Translations under genes and position numbers: made by a program
In this document: piece by piece, positions 9,458 to 18,005 of the stretch
How positions within the stretch are numbered: position 1 is the first letter of the stretch
Layout of the letters: each line of letters starts with the position of its first letter
The notes under the pieces: model-generated
Database searches by the model: none
The model's input: the letters and a program-made list of their open reading frames with translations, nothing else
Told to the model about the DNA's origin: nothing
Assembly (NCBI GenBank): GCA_934552825.1
Contig: CAKTEQ010000001.1
Coordinates: 390,068 to 454,067 of the forward strand
Origin: an uncultured Oscillospiraceae bacterium
Lineage (GTDB): Bacteria; Bacillota; Clostridia; Oscillospirales; Oscillospiraceae
DNA: 64,000 bases
Direction of reading: 5' to 3'

Positions 9458-10447
9458 TTATTTTCCTGAGCCTTTTACAAGGCGCATCACTGCCATAACG
9501 GCGCCGTAGAGCACACCTGCCACCGCCCAGATTATCCAATAGCTCTGGGGCTGCCTGTTGCCCGTGGGGCCAAAGGTGCAGATGAGAAACACCGCCGTCG
9601 TCACCAGCCAATATATAAGACTGACCGCACCGGAAATGCTCTTTTCCGCCTTTTTGCTGCGGGAGTAATCCCCCTCCTCCAGCAGGCGGTCCATGGCATT
9701 GCGGTATGTGCCCCCATAGACGAAGGCGATGCAGCCCAGCGCCACCAGGAACATCAGCAGGCAAACAGCCTCTACAAAAGTGAAATCCCCCGCATCCTCC
9801 GCCAGCGCCGCGAACAGAGGCACTATGGACAGTATGCAAAGCACCGTGCCCAGAATATTGAGCTTTGTTCCGGTGCTCCTGAATTTCTCCCGGCGCTCTT
9901 TTACCATACCCTCGACACCGTAGCTTGTCTCGAAGGGCTCGTTTTCCATAAACTCATATTTTTTGGAGCGAGAACCGCACAGCATGAAAAGCACCACTCC
10001 CGCCGCCACCAGAAGCATAAGGGTACATAGCCCCACTCCGCAGGCAGCGGCGTCAGAGATAGGCAGCGCGCCGCTGTCCGCCGCTGCCGCCAGGAGAATA
10101 AGGGCTATGGGAGAGATGACACACAGGAACGTGGCAAGCGCCATCCTGGGCGCCGCCCGGCGGCGAAGCTCCAAATATTCCGAAGCCTCCTCCATCGACA
10201 CTACACGCAGAGACGTGTCCGGCTCGCTCTGAGCCGGCTCAAGAGACTCCATATCATCCTTGAGAAGATAGTCCGTGCTCACTCCGAAGAGTCTGCTCAT
10301 CTGAAGTATCTTATCCACGTCCGGTATGGACTGGGCTCCCTCCCACTTGGAAACCGACTGGCGCGTCACGTTGAGCTGCTGTGCCAACTCCTCCTGGGAC
10401 CACCCCGCCTTTTTCCTGAGCTGGATAATTTTGTCTGCCAATATCAT
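9458..10447 (-). CDS. membrane-bound XRE-family HTH regulator (N-terminal HTH plus about 6 TM helices)
   Basis: HTH_3 motif QEELAQQLNVTRQSVSKWE followed by six hydrophobic segments. GGAGG lies 8 nt upstream of the ATG. Confidence 0.8.
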   Translation of the reverse strand: MILADKIIQLRKKAGWSQEELAQQLNVTRQSVSKWEGAQSIPDVDKILQMSRLFGVSTDYLLKDDMESLEPAQSEPDTSLRVVSMEEASEYLELRRRAAPRMALATFLCVISPIALILLAAAADSGALPISDAAACGVGLCTLMLLVAAGVVLFMLCGSRSKKYEFMENEPFETSYGVEGMVKERREKFRSTGTKLNILGTVLCILSIVPLFAALAEDAGDFTFVEAVCLLMFLVALGCIAFVYGGTYRNAMDRLLEEGDYSRSKKAEKSISGAVSLIYWLVTTAVFLICTFGPTGNRQPQSYWIIWAVAGVLYGAVMAVMRLVKGSGK

Positions 10448-10660
10448 CTATTCTACCTCCGTTTCCTTCGGCGCTCCCTGCGCCGCTTGCAGGAAGAAGA
10501 TTACAGCATTTCCTGGTTGCAGTCCACAAATCAGGCTTTCAAATATGTCAACCACCGGTTGCTCCCCCGGTTTTTGCGGGGGATTTCAAGCTTTTTCATA
10601 ATATTATCTCCTGTTTACCCCCCTGTCAAGGCGCTGCTTGCCCGGACGTGTATCCCCATT

Positions 10661-10696
10661 AAAAAGCCCGCGGATACAGGACCTGTATCCGCGGGC
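10661..10696 (-). terminator. rho-independent terminator after ftsH
   Basis: 15-bp stem gcccgcggatacagg/cctgtatccgcgggc followed by a U-run on the minus strand. Confidence 0.8.
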
Positions 10697-10706
10697 AATG
10701 TTATTT

Positions 10707-12596
10707 CTATTCTGCTGTATCCGGTGCCTCCGGGTTCTCCATATCGCTTATCATGCGGTTGAAAGTGTCCTCATCCATGGTCTCGTAGGCGAGCAGGTAA
10801 TTCGCCACTGCTGTGAGCTTATCCATGTTCCCACGGATGATATCCGTGCAGCGCTCATAAGAGTTGTCGATGATGCGGCGCACCTCACGATCAATGATGC
10901 CGGCGACCTCCTCGGAATAGTTCCGGGACTGGGCAAAGCTCTTGCCGATGAACACCTCGCTGTTGCCCGTGTCGAAGCTGACTGTGCCCAGGGTCTCGCT
11001 CATACCGTATTTTGTGACCATATCCCGGGCGATGCTGCTGGCGCGCTGAATATCGTTGGAAGCGCCTGTGGAGATATCGTCCAACACCAGCTGCTCGGCA
11101 ACTCTGCCGCCCAGCAGTGCAACGATCTGCTCCTCCATCTCCTTCTTTGAGATATAGCTCCTGTCCTCCCTGGGCAGGCTGATGGTCATGCCGCCTGCCA
11201 TGCCGCGAGGCACAATGCTGATCTCATGGACGGGGTCATGCGTGTCCAGCTTGTGCATGACGATGGCGTGGCCCGCCTCGTGGAATGCGGTCAGCCGGCG
11301 CTCTGACTCGGAGATCTTTCTGGATTTCTTTGCCGGTCCGGCAATGACTTTTATGATAGACTCCTCAATATCCGTCTGGTTGATGAACTTCTTGCCACGA
11401 CGGGCTGCCAGCAGCGCCGCTTCGTTGAGCAGGTTCTCCAAATCCGCGCCCGTAAAGCCCGCGGTAGTTCTCGCAATAACGCCGAAATCCACGTCCTCGG
11501 CGAGGGGTTTGTTCCTTGCGTGGACCTTGAGTATCTCTTCACGGCCCTTGATATCCGGTCTGCCAACATAGACCTGCCTGTCAAAGCGGCCGGGGCGCAG
11601 CAGCGCCGGGTCGAGGATATCAGCTCGGTTAGTCGCCGCCATGACTATGACGCCCGCATTGTTGCCGAAACCGTCCATCTCCACAAGGAGCTGGTTCAGT
11701 GTCTGCTCTCTCTCGTCATGGCCGCCGCCGAGACCAGCGCCTCTCTGACGACCGACGGCGTCTATCTCGTCTATGAAGATGACACAGGGCGCTATCTTCT
11801 TCGCCTGGTCAAACAGGTCACGCACGCGGCTCGCGCCGACACCCACGTACAGCTCTACAAAATCTGAGCCGGAAATCGACAGGAACTGGACGCCTGTCTC
11901 TCCCGCCACAGCTCTGGCTAGGAGTGTTTTACCTGTACCCGGAGGTCCCACGAGCAACACACCCTTGGGTATGCGGGCTCCAATCTCCGTGAACTTGGCG
12001 GGGTCCTTCAGGAACTGGACTATCTCCTGAAGCTCCTCCTTCTCCTCGTCGGCGCCTGCCACATCGTCAAAGGTGACTTTCCGTGTCTCCTCGCTGCCTG
12101 TGTGGGTGCGGGCTTTGCTGAATTTCATAACGTTCCCGCCGCCAGCGCCGCCGGACTTTCGGATCATGTACACCCAGAGGATGATAAAGATAACTGTGAT
12201 GATAATATAGGGGAGTGTGCTCACCCACCATGGCGTCGTATAGCCCTCAAGATAATTATAGTCGGTGATTATACCCGCCTCGTGCTGCTGGTCGATCAGC
12301 TCGTGGAGGTCTTCATAGAATACCGCGAAGGACGCGAGGGAATGGGTCTTGACCTCTGTGCCGCCGTCCTCTGTGCGCACGTCCATGGTGAGTTCCGTGC
12401 CGTTGACGGTGAAATACTCCACCTTCTCGCCACGGAAAAGCTGGACCACCTGGGAGTATTCAAGCTCCGTCCCCTTTGAGTCCATAGGCTCAAAAAGGAG
12501 GATCACCGTCGCTATCAGCACGGCGAATATAATGATATAGAGTATAAAATCTCTGAAAGAGCGCTTTTTCTTCAAATTACGTTCACTTCCTAACAA
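10707..12596 (-). CDS. ftsH: ATP-dependent zinc metalloprotease FtsH
   Basis: AAA+ Walker [12 protein letters not shown] region, zinc motif HEAGHAIV. The start is a TTG; an alternative TTG at 12575 is possible. Confidence 0.95.
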   Translation of the reverse strand: MLGSERNLKKKRSFRDFILYIIIFAVLIATVILLFEPMDSKGTELEYSQVVQLFRGEKVEYFTVNGTELTMDVRTEDGGTEVKTHSLASFAVFYEDLHELIDQQHEAGIITDYNYLEGYTTPWWVSTLPYIIITVIFIILWVYMIRKSGGAGGGNVMKFSKARTHTGSEETRKVTFDDVAGADEEKEELQEIVQFLKDPAKFTEIGARIPKGVLLVGPPGTGKTLLARAVAGETGVQFLSISGSDFVELYVGVGASRVRDLFDQAKKIAPCVIFIDEIDAVGRQRGAGLGGGHDEREQTLNQLLVEMDGFGNNAGVIVMAATNRADILDPALLRPGRFDRQVYVGRPDIKGREEILKVHARNKPLAEDVDFGVIARTTAGFTGADLENLLNEAALLAARRGKKFINQTDIEESIIKVIAGPAKKSRKISESERRLTAFHEAGHAIVMHKLDTHDPVHEISIVPRGMAGGMTISLPREDRSYISKKEMEEQIVALLGGRVAEQLVLDDISTGASNDIQRASSIARDMVTKYGMSETLGTVSFDTGNSEVFIGKSFAQSRNYSEEVAGIIDREVRRIIDNSYERCTDIIRGNMDKLTAVANYLLAYETMDEDTFNRMISDMENPEAPDTAE

Positions 12597-12657
12597 GTAG
12601 TATTGCCGAAACCGCAGGGCTGATATCCTGCCATTTCATCTATATTTTCAGAATATT

Positions 12658-13962
12658 TTACCTTCTGCGTATAGTCAGAGTCATATCGTCCCCCGCGCAG
12701 CGTTCCGCCGTGCCCAGCCTTTCCACGAGCACAACGCCCGCGTCGTCCGCCAGGACAGCGAGATTATCACGCTCCAAACGAGGTATCTTTTCATCTATAA
12801 GCATCTTTTTCAGACTCTTTTCCGGGCGGCGGGGCAGCTTTATCCTGTCTCCCGTCCGGCGGCTGCGAACCCGCAGATTACCCTGAATATTACTATGTTT
12901 CAAATGAAAAGTCATTTCCGAATTGTAAATTTTTTTGCCCTGCTCGAGAATTATTTCAAGGCCGGGCAGCCTCGTCACACCGATCTTTACGGGCGTCTCC
13001 ACTATTGTCGGGGGCTTTTCAGGCGTGCCGATAATCAGTCTGCCGTACTCCCGCCGCACTTTCAGCCCCGGAAGGTCCAGCTCACCGGACCCCGCTGCGC
13101 CGCGGCACAGCTCCAGCACAGCCTTGATGTGCCCGCTGCCGCACCCCGGACAGAGACGGCGCAGGATCCGGCTTGAAAGAGCCACCGGCATTTTCCCGAG
13201 AGTCCCCGCATCCAGCTGCGCTCCTCCGGGCGTCTGTATCACAAGCTCCGCCGCCGTCTCAGCCGCCAGCTCCTCCAGAAATTCCTCGTCCCGTCTCAGC
13301 CGCTCCGCGGCTCCCGACGCATTCTCCGCCGCCCGCGGGTTTATTCGCCGCAGTACCGGCACCGCTTCAAGGCGCAGAGCGTTTCGCGCATAGATGCTCT
13401 GGAAGTTCGTCTCGTCATTCATATAGGCGATATCCTGCTCCCGGAGATATTCCCGGAGCTGTTCGCCTGTAAAGGCGAGAAGCGGGCGGACTATCCTCCC
13501 CCGCACAGGCGGGATCCCGGAAAGTCCCTTCGCTCCGCTGCCCCTGATGAGGTTAAGGAGCATCGTCTCAAGATTGTCGTCCGCGGTATGCGCCGTGGCA
13601 ATGTAATCATATCCGTGCGTCTGCGCCGTCTCCGAGAGAAAGTCATAGCGCATAGTCCGCGCCGTCTCCTCAATGGAAGCACCGCCCGCCGCACGGGCCA
13701 CATCGCCGCGCCCTGGGAAAAAGGGTATTCCCAGCTCGCTGCAAAGTGTCTTTGAATATTCCTCGTCCCTGTCCGCGGTATCCCGCAGGCAATGGTTGAA
13801 GTGGGCTGCGCCCACCTCTGTTCCCAATTCCCTCTTTACACTGCAGAGCAAGTGGGTCAGGGCCACACTGTCCCCTCCGCCGCTCAGGGCGCAGAGGATC
13901 TTCTTCCCCGGCTCAAAGCCCGGCAGATTCCTGAAAAAATCAATAACTGTCTCTCTCATCAT
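12658..13962 (-). CDS. tilS: tRNA(Ile)-lysidine synthase
   Basis: PP-loop LSGGGDS and TilS-type central and C-terminal regions. ATG at 13962 preferred; the maximal ORF reaches 14016. Confidence 0.9.
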   Translation of the reverse strand: MMRETVIDFFRNLPGFEPGKKILCALSGGGDSVALTHLLCSVKRELGTEVGAAHFNHCLRDTADRDEEYSKTLCSELGIPFFPGRGDVARAAGGASIEETARTMRYDFLSETAQTHGYDYIATAHTADDNLETMLLNLIRGSGAKGLSGIPPVRGRIVRPLLAFTGEQLREYLREQDIAYMNDETNFQSIYARNALRLEAVPVLRRINPRAAENASGAAERLRRDEEFLEELAAETAAELVIQTPGGAQLDAGTLGKMPVALSSRILRRLCPGCGSGHIKAVLELCRGAAGSGELDLPGLKVRREYGRLIIGTPEKPPTIVETPVKIGVTRLPGLEIILEQGKKIYNSEMTFHLKHSNIQGNLRVRSRRTGDRIKLPRRPEKSLKKMLIDEKIPRLERDNLAVLADDAGVVLVERLGTAERCAGDDMTLTIRRR

Positions 13963-15292
13963 GCCGCCACTCACGAGGGGCGAAAGTTGTAAACTCGGGC
14001 AGCCACTGCATCTCAACCTTGCCCGTTCCGCCGTGGCGGTTCTTGGCTATGATGCACTCGGCAACCCCCCTGTTTTCGCTGTCCTCATTATAATAGTCGT
14101 CTCTGTACAGGAACAGAACGATGTCCGCGTCCTGCTCGATTGCGCCCGATTCACGCAGGTCGCTGAGCATAGGGCGCTTGTCGGAACGGCTCTCGTTTGC
14201 TCGGGAGAGCTGGGAGAGACACAGTACCGGCACGTTCAGTTCCTTTGCCATTATCTTCAGCGAGCGGGATATATCACTCACCACCTGCTGGCGGTTATCG
14301 CCCCCCCGGGACTGACCGCCAGCGGACTGCATGAGCTGGAGATAATCGATAACCACGAGTCCCAGATTTTCTACCCTGCGGCACTTGGCGTTCATGTCCG
14401 CCACCGTGAGGGTCGGATTATCGTCAAGGCGGATATCCGTCTTGCCCAGAGCGGTGGATGCCAAGGCAATCTTCGCCCAGTCCTCGTCGTTGAGCTGCCC
14501 CGTCGTGAGCTTGCTGCTGTCAACAAAGCTCTCGTTTGAAATAAGACGCATAGCAAGCTGCTCCCGGGACATTTCCAGAGAGAAGATGACTATCGTCTTG
14601 CCCGTTTTCTTCCCCGCCTCAAGTGCCATGTTGAGGGCAAAGGAGGTCTTGCCCATGCCCGGACGGGCTGCCAGAAGAATAAGGTCGGACTTGTTAAGGC
14701 CGGAGATATAGCTGTCCAGCTCCGGGATGCCTGTGGATATACCTGGTATGGCGGACCCGGCGTTCGCCAGCTCGCTCAGCCTGTCGTATACGTCCAGAAT
14801 GACTGTTGAGATGTGCTCCAGTCCCTGACTTGAGCGGTCCTGGCGGATGGCATATATCTTCTTTTCCGCCAGCTCCAGCGTCTCCTGACCAGTTCCGGAG
14901 CCGTCGTTCACGACGCCGGTTATATACTCGCCCGCTTCGCCCACGCGGCGCAGGAGCGCCTTGTCCTTAACTATTGCGGCGTACTCCGCCACGTTCGCAG
15001 CCGTGGGGGTCACCTCCATGAGCTGCATTACATACTCCCGGGTGACGCCCTCCGTATAGATCCCGTTCACCTTGAGCTTATCCAATACGGTCACCGGGTC
15101 GATGACTTCGGAAAAACCGAACATGGAATACATCGTCTCATATATCTCTCTGTTCTGCTTCAGGTAGAACTCATCCCCCCGCAGCGTTTCCACCACCTCG
15201 GGGATACAGCGGGAGTCTATCAGCATACTGCCGAGAACCGCCTGCTCCGCAAGTACGTCGCTTGGTACCTGCCGGGATAAAATCTCGTCCAC
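13940..15292 (-). CDS. dnaB: replicative DNA helicase DnaB (DnaC in B. subtilis nomenclature)
   Basis: Walker A ARPGMGKT and DnaB N- and C-terminal domains. GTG start follows GGAGGA. Confidence 0.95.
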   Translation of the reverse strand: MDEILSRQVPSDVLAEQAVLGSMLIDSRCIPEVVETLRGDEFYLKQNREIYETMYSMFGFSEVIDPVTVLDKLKVNGIYTEGVTREYVMQLMEVTPTAANVAEYAAIVKDKALLRRVGEAGEYITGVVNDGSGTGQETLELAEKKIYAIRQDRSSQGLEHISTVILDVYDRLSELANAGSAIPGISTGIPELDSYISGLNKSDLILLAARPGMGKTSFALNMALEAGKKTGKTIVIFSLEMSREQLAMRLISNESFVDSSKLTTGQLNDEDWAKIALASTALGKTDIRLDDNPTLTVADMNAKCRRVENLGLVVIDYLQLMQSAGGQSRGGDNRQQVVSDISRSLKIMAKELNVPVLCLSQLSRANESRSDKRPMLSDLRESGAIEQDADIVLFLYRDDYYNEDSENRGVAECIIAKNRHGGTGKVEMQWLPEFTTFAPREWRHDERDSY

Positions 15293-15335
15293 CCTCTGTT
15301 CCTCCTTCCGTCATCCCCGCTTCTGCGCGGATGTG

Positions 15336-15785
15336 TTATTTCTCCTCGGAAACTACCACGTTTATAGTGCCGGAGACCTCATAGCCCAGCTTTGCCTTTA
15401 CCTGGTATGTACCGAACTGCTTTATGGCGTCGGGCAGGACTATCTTGTTCTTGGCGACGTCCATGCCGAACTGCTGGGCAAGTGCGTCGGATATTTCCTT
15501 GCTTGTGACGGAGCCGAAGAGCTTGCCGCCCTGCCCCGCCTTTGCGGATATCTTCACCATGCAGCCGGCAAGCTTCTCGGCGATGGCCTGAGCTTCCGCC
15601 TTCTCCCGTTCCATCTGAGCTTTTCTCGCCGCCTCCCGCTGTTTCATCACGTTCATATTGTCCGCCGTCGCAGGGAGCGCCAGCTTCTTGGGGAGCAGGA
15701 AGTTCCTGGCGTAGCCGTCGGAAACCTCGATAAGCTGCCCTTTCTTGCCCTGTCCCTTAACGTCCTGCTGCAAAATAACCTTCAT
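15336..15785 (-). CDS. rplI: 50S ribosomal protein L9
   Basis: MKVILQQDVKGQGKKGQLIEVSDGYARNFL; 149 aa. Conserved gdpP-rplI-dnaB context. Confidence 0.95.
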   Translation of the reverse strand: MKVILQQDVKGQGKKGQLIEVSDGYARNFLLPKKLALPATADNMNVMKQREAARKAQMEREKAEAQAIAEKLAGCMVKISAKAGQGGKLFGSVTSKEISDALAQQFGMDVAKNKIVLPDAIKQFGTYQVKAKLGYEVSGTINVVVSEEK

Positions 15786-15815
15786 GACAATATTTCTCCT
15801 TTCGGTAATCGCCTT

Positions 15816-17819
15816 TTATTCGTCGAAATACTTGTTTATCTCGTCTGTTGCCATTTTATACGCCTCGTCGATGGTGACGCCCTTTATCTGGGCCGCCGCC
15901 GTGGCGTTATTGCCGCCGCCGCCCAGTGCCTCCATTATCACCTGGACGTCCACCTCGCCAAGAGAACGTGCGGACATAATAACTGTGTCGCCATCCGGGT
16001 ACATGACTATGCTCGCCTGAATGCCCGCGATGGTGAGCAGCTCATCCGCCGCTTGGGCCGCCGTTACACGGGGAATAGTCCTGTCCACCTTTGCAACGCT
16101 CACGCCGCCTCTTATCATCCGGGCGGAGCTGATGACTGTATATCGCAGGACCGTACTGTCAAAGTCGTTCTGCATCATGAGCTTTATGGATGCGGGATCC
16201 GCGCCCTTACGCCTGAGGTACGCCGCCGCCTCAAAGGTGCCTGCGCTGACTCTGGTCGTAAAGTTCTTCGTGTCAAGCGCGATGCCCGCCATGAGCGCCT
16301 CAGCCTCGATTGCGCTTATCTCAGCCTGCCCGGGCAGATACTGGATGAGCTCCGTCACCAGTTCGCTTGCGGAGGAGGCAGAGGGCTCCAGGAAATTAAG
16401 CGCCGCGTTCTCTATATATGTCGCCGCACGGCGGTGATGATCGATTACGACCACATGGTTGCACGCGTCCAGCAGCTGGCGGGACTCCACCTGCTCCGGG
16501 CGGTTCGTATCCACCACCACAAGGAGCGTGCGTGTATCCGCATCGATTATCGCCTGCTGGGTGGAGATGAATGTATCGGCGTACTCCTTGTCGCCCATCA
16601 CCCGGTCCAGGAGCATTTTTGAGTTGTTGCGCTCCAGATCTATAACTATCTTCGCCTTTTTGCCCCGCTGGCGCGCTATCCCGCACACACCCACGGCCGC
16701 ACCCACGCTGTCCAGATCAGCCATGGAGTGCCCCATGACAAACACGTTGCTTGCGCCGCCCACAAGCTCGCTCAGGGCGCCCGCCATAACTCTGGATTTT
16801 ACCTTCGTGCGCTTTTCCGTCTCCTTGCTGCGCCCGCCGTAGAACTCGAAGTTGAAGCGGTTTTTAATGACCGCCTGATCTCCGCCCCGGCTCAGGGACA
16901 TCTCCGTGGCAAGAGACGCGAACTCATACGCCTCAGCGAAGGTCGCCGCGTCGTGCCCGATGCCTATGCTCACCGTCGCCGCGATGCCCGCGGAGTTCAC
17001 CGTCTCCCTGACGCTGTCCAGAAGCGTGAACTTTGCCTCTGTGAGCTTTGCGAGGTCACCCTCATGGAAAACGCACACATAGCGGTCTCTGTCGTACTTG
17101 CATATGAGCGGCTTCGTATCCTGAAGCCAGAGGGTTATTTTGTCGTCTATCTCCGCCAGAAGCGCGGACGACGCGGAGCTGGTCTGGTTCTTGACCAGTT
17201 CGTCGTAATTGTCCAGGGTGATTATACCGACAACAGGCTTTGTGGCGGTGAAGCGCTCCTTCATGTCCTGGAACTCCGTCACGTCCATCCAGTAAGTCGT
17301 GCCCACGAGCCCGCCGCCCCGGTCGCTGCCGGGCTTGAGGACGCTGCCGAACACCTGATATTTCCTGCCGCCCATCTCCACAAGGCTGGGGCACTCGCTC
17401 CTGCCCTCCAGCAGCCATCTGGAGGAGAACTCCGGCGCGAGCTCACGCACTCTGGTATCGATAAGATGCTCTCTGCCGTCGGATATCTTCAGGAATTTAT
17501 CGTTCGCCCAGATCACCTCGTCATTATCCAGCCGGATAATGAGCGTAGGCATCGGGAAATTTGACATGGTGCTCTCCCCGGCGGCATCCACATTGCTGGT
17601 TATTGTGTGGAGCTGGTCGAGAATATGCTTTTTGCGCTTCACGGCGGTGCTGAGGAACACGATGAACAGCGCCACCACAACAACGCCCTCCGCCGCGGCG
17701 ACACGGTAGTCAAAAATCGCCGTTACAGCCGCGAACACGACCATCAGGACAAAATATACCCGCATCGTGGGTTCAAAGGCTTTGACCTTTACCTTCTTTT
17801 TATCTGTTGAGCTTTTCAT
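15816..17819 (-). CDS. gdpP: GdpP/YybT-type DHH-DHHA1 phosphodiesterase (c-di-AMP phosphodiesterase family)
   Basis: Two N-terminal TM helices, PAS-like and degenerate GGDEF regions, DHH motifs (HSMADLDSVG, VVVDTN, VIDHHRR). Synteny with rplI-dnaB. Confidence 0.85.
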   Translation of the reverse strand: MKSSTDKKKVKVKAFEPTMRVYFVLMVVFAAVTAIFDYRVAAAEGVVVVALFIVFLSTAVKRKKHILDQLHTITSNVDAAGESTMSNFPMPTLIIRLDNDEVIWANDKFLKISDGREHLIDTRVRELAPEFSSRWLLEGRSECPSLVEMGGRKYQVFGSVLKPGSDRGGGLVGTTYWMDVTEFQDMKERFTATKPVVGIITLDNYDELVKNQTSSASSALLAEIDDKITLWLQDTKPLICKYDRDRYVCVFHEGDLAKLTEAKFTLLDSVRETVNSAGIAATVSIGIGHDAATFAEAYEFASLATEMSLSRGGDQAVIKNRFNFEFYGGRSKETEKRTKVKSRVMAGALSELVGGASNVFVMGHSMADLDSVGAAVGVCGIARQRGKKAKIVIDLERNNSKMLLDRVMGDKEYADTFISTQQAIIDADTRTLLVVVDTNRPEQVESRQLLDACNHVVVIDHHRRAATYIENAALNFLEPSASSASELVTELIQYLPGQAEISAIEAEALMAGIALDTKNFTTRVSAGTFEAAAYLRRKGADPASIKLMMQNDFDSTVLRYTVISSARMIRGGVSVAKVDRTIPRVTAAQAADELLTIAGIQASIVMYPDGDTVIMSARSLGEVDVQVIMEALGGGGNNATAAAQIKGVTIDEAYKMATDEINKYFDE

Positions 17820-18005
17820 AAAACCCCTCCGCCGGCGCCGTAAAATTTGCGCTACGTCCCCAAGTTATATTTTGAGTCATATTATTATAGCAAATCGTCC
17901 TGCGCATTACAATACAAAAAGCGTCTCCGCCGGCACAGGCTTAAAATATTTTTTATTTTTCCGGCAAATAATAGTCCCATAAACTCGCGAAAGGAGCCCT
18001 TTTTT

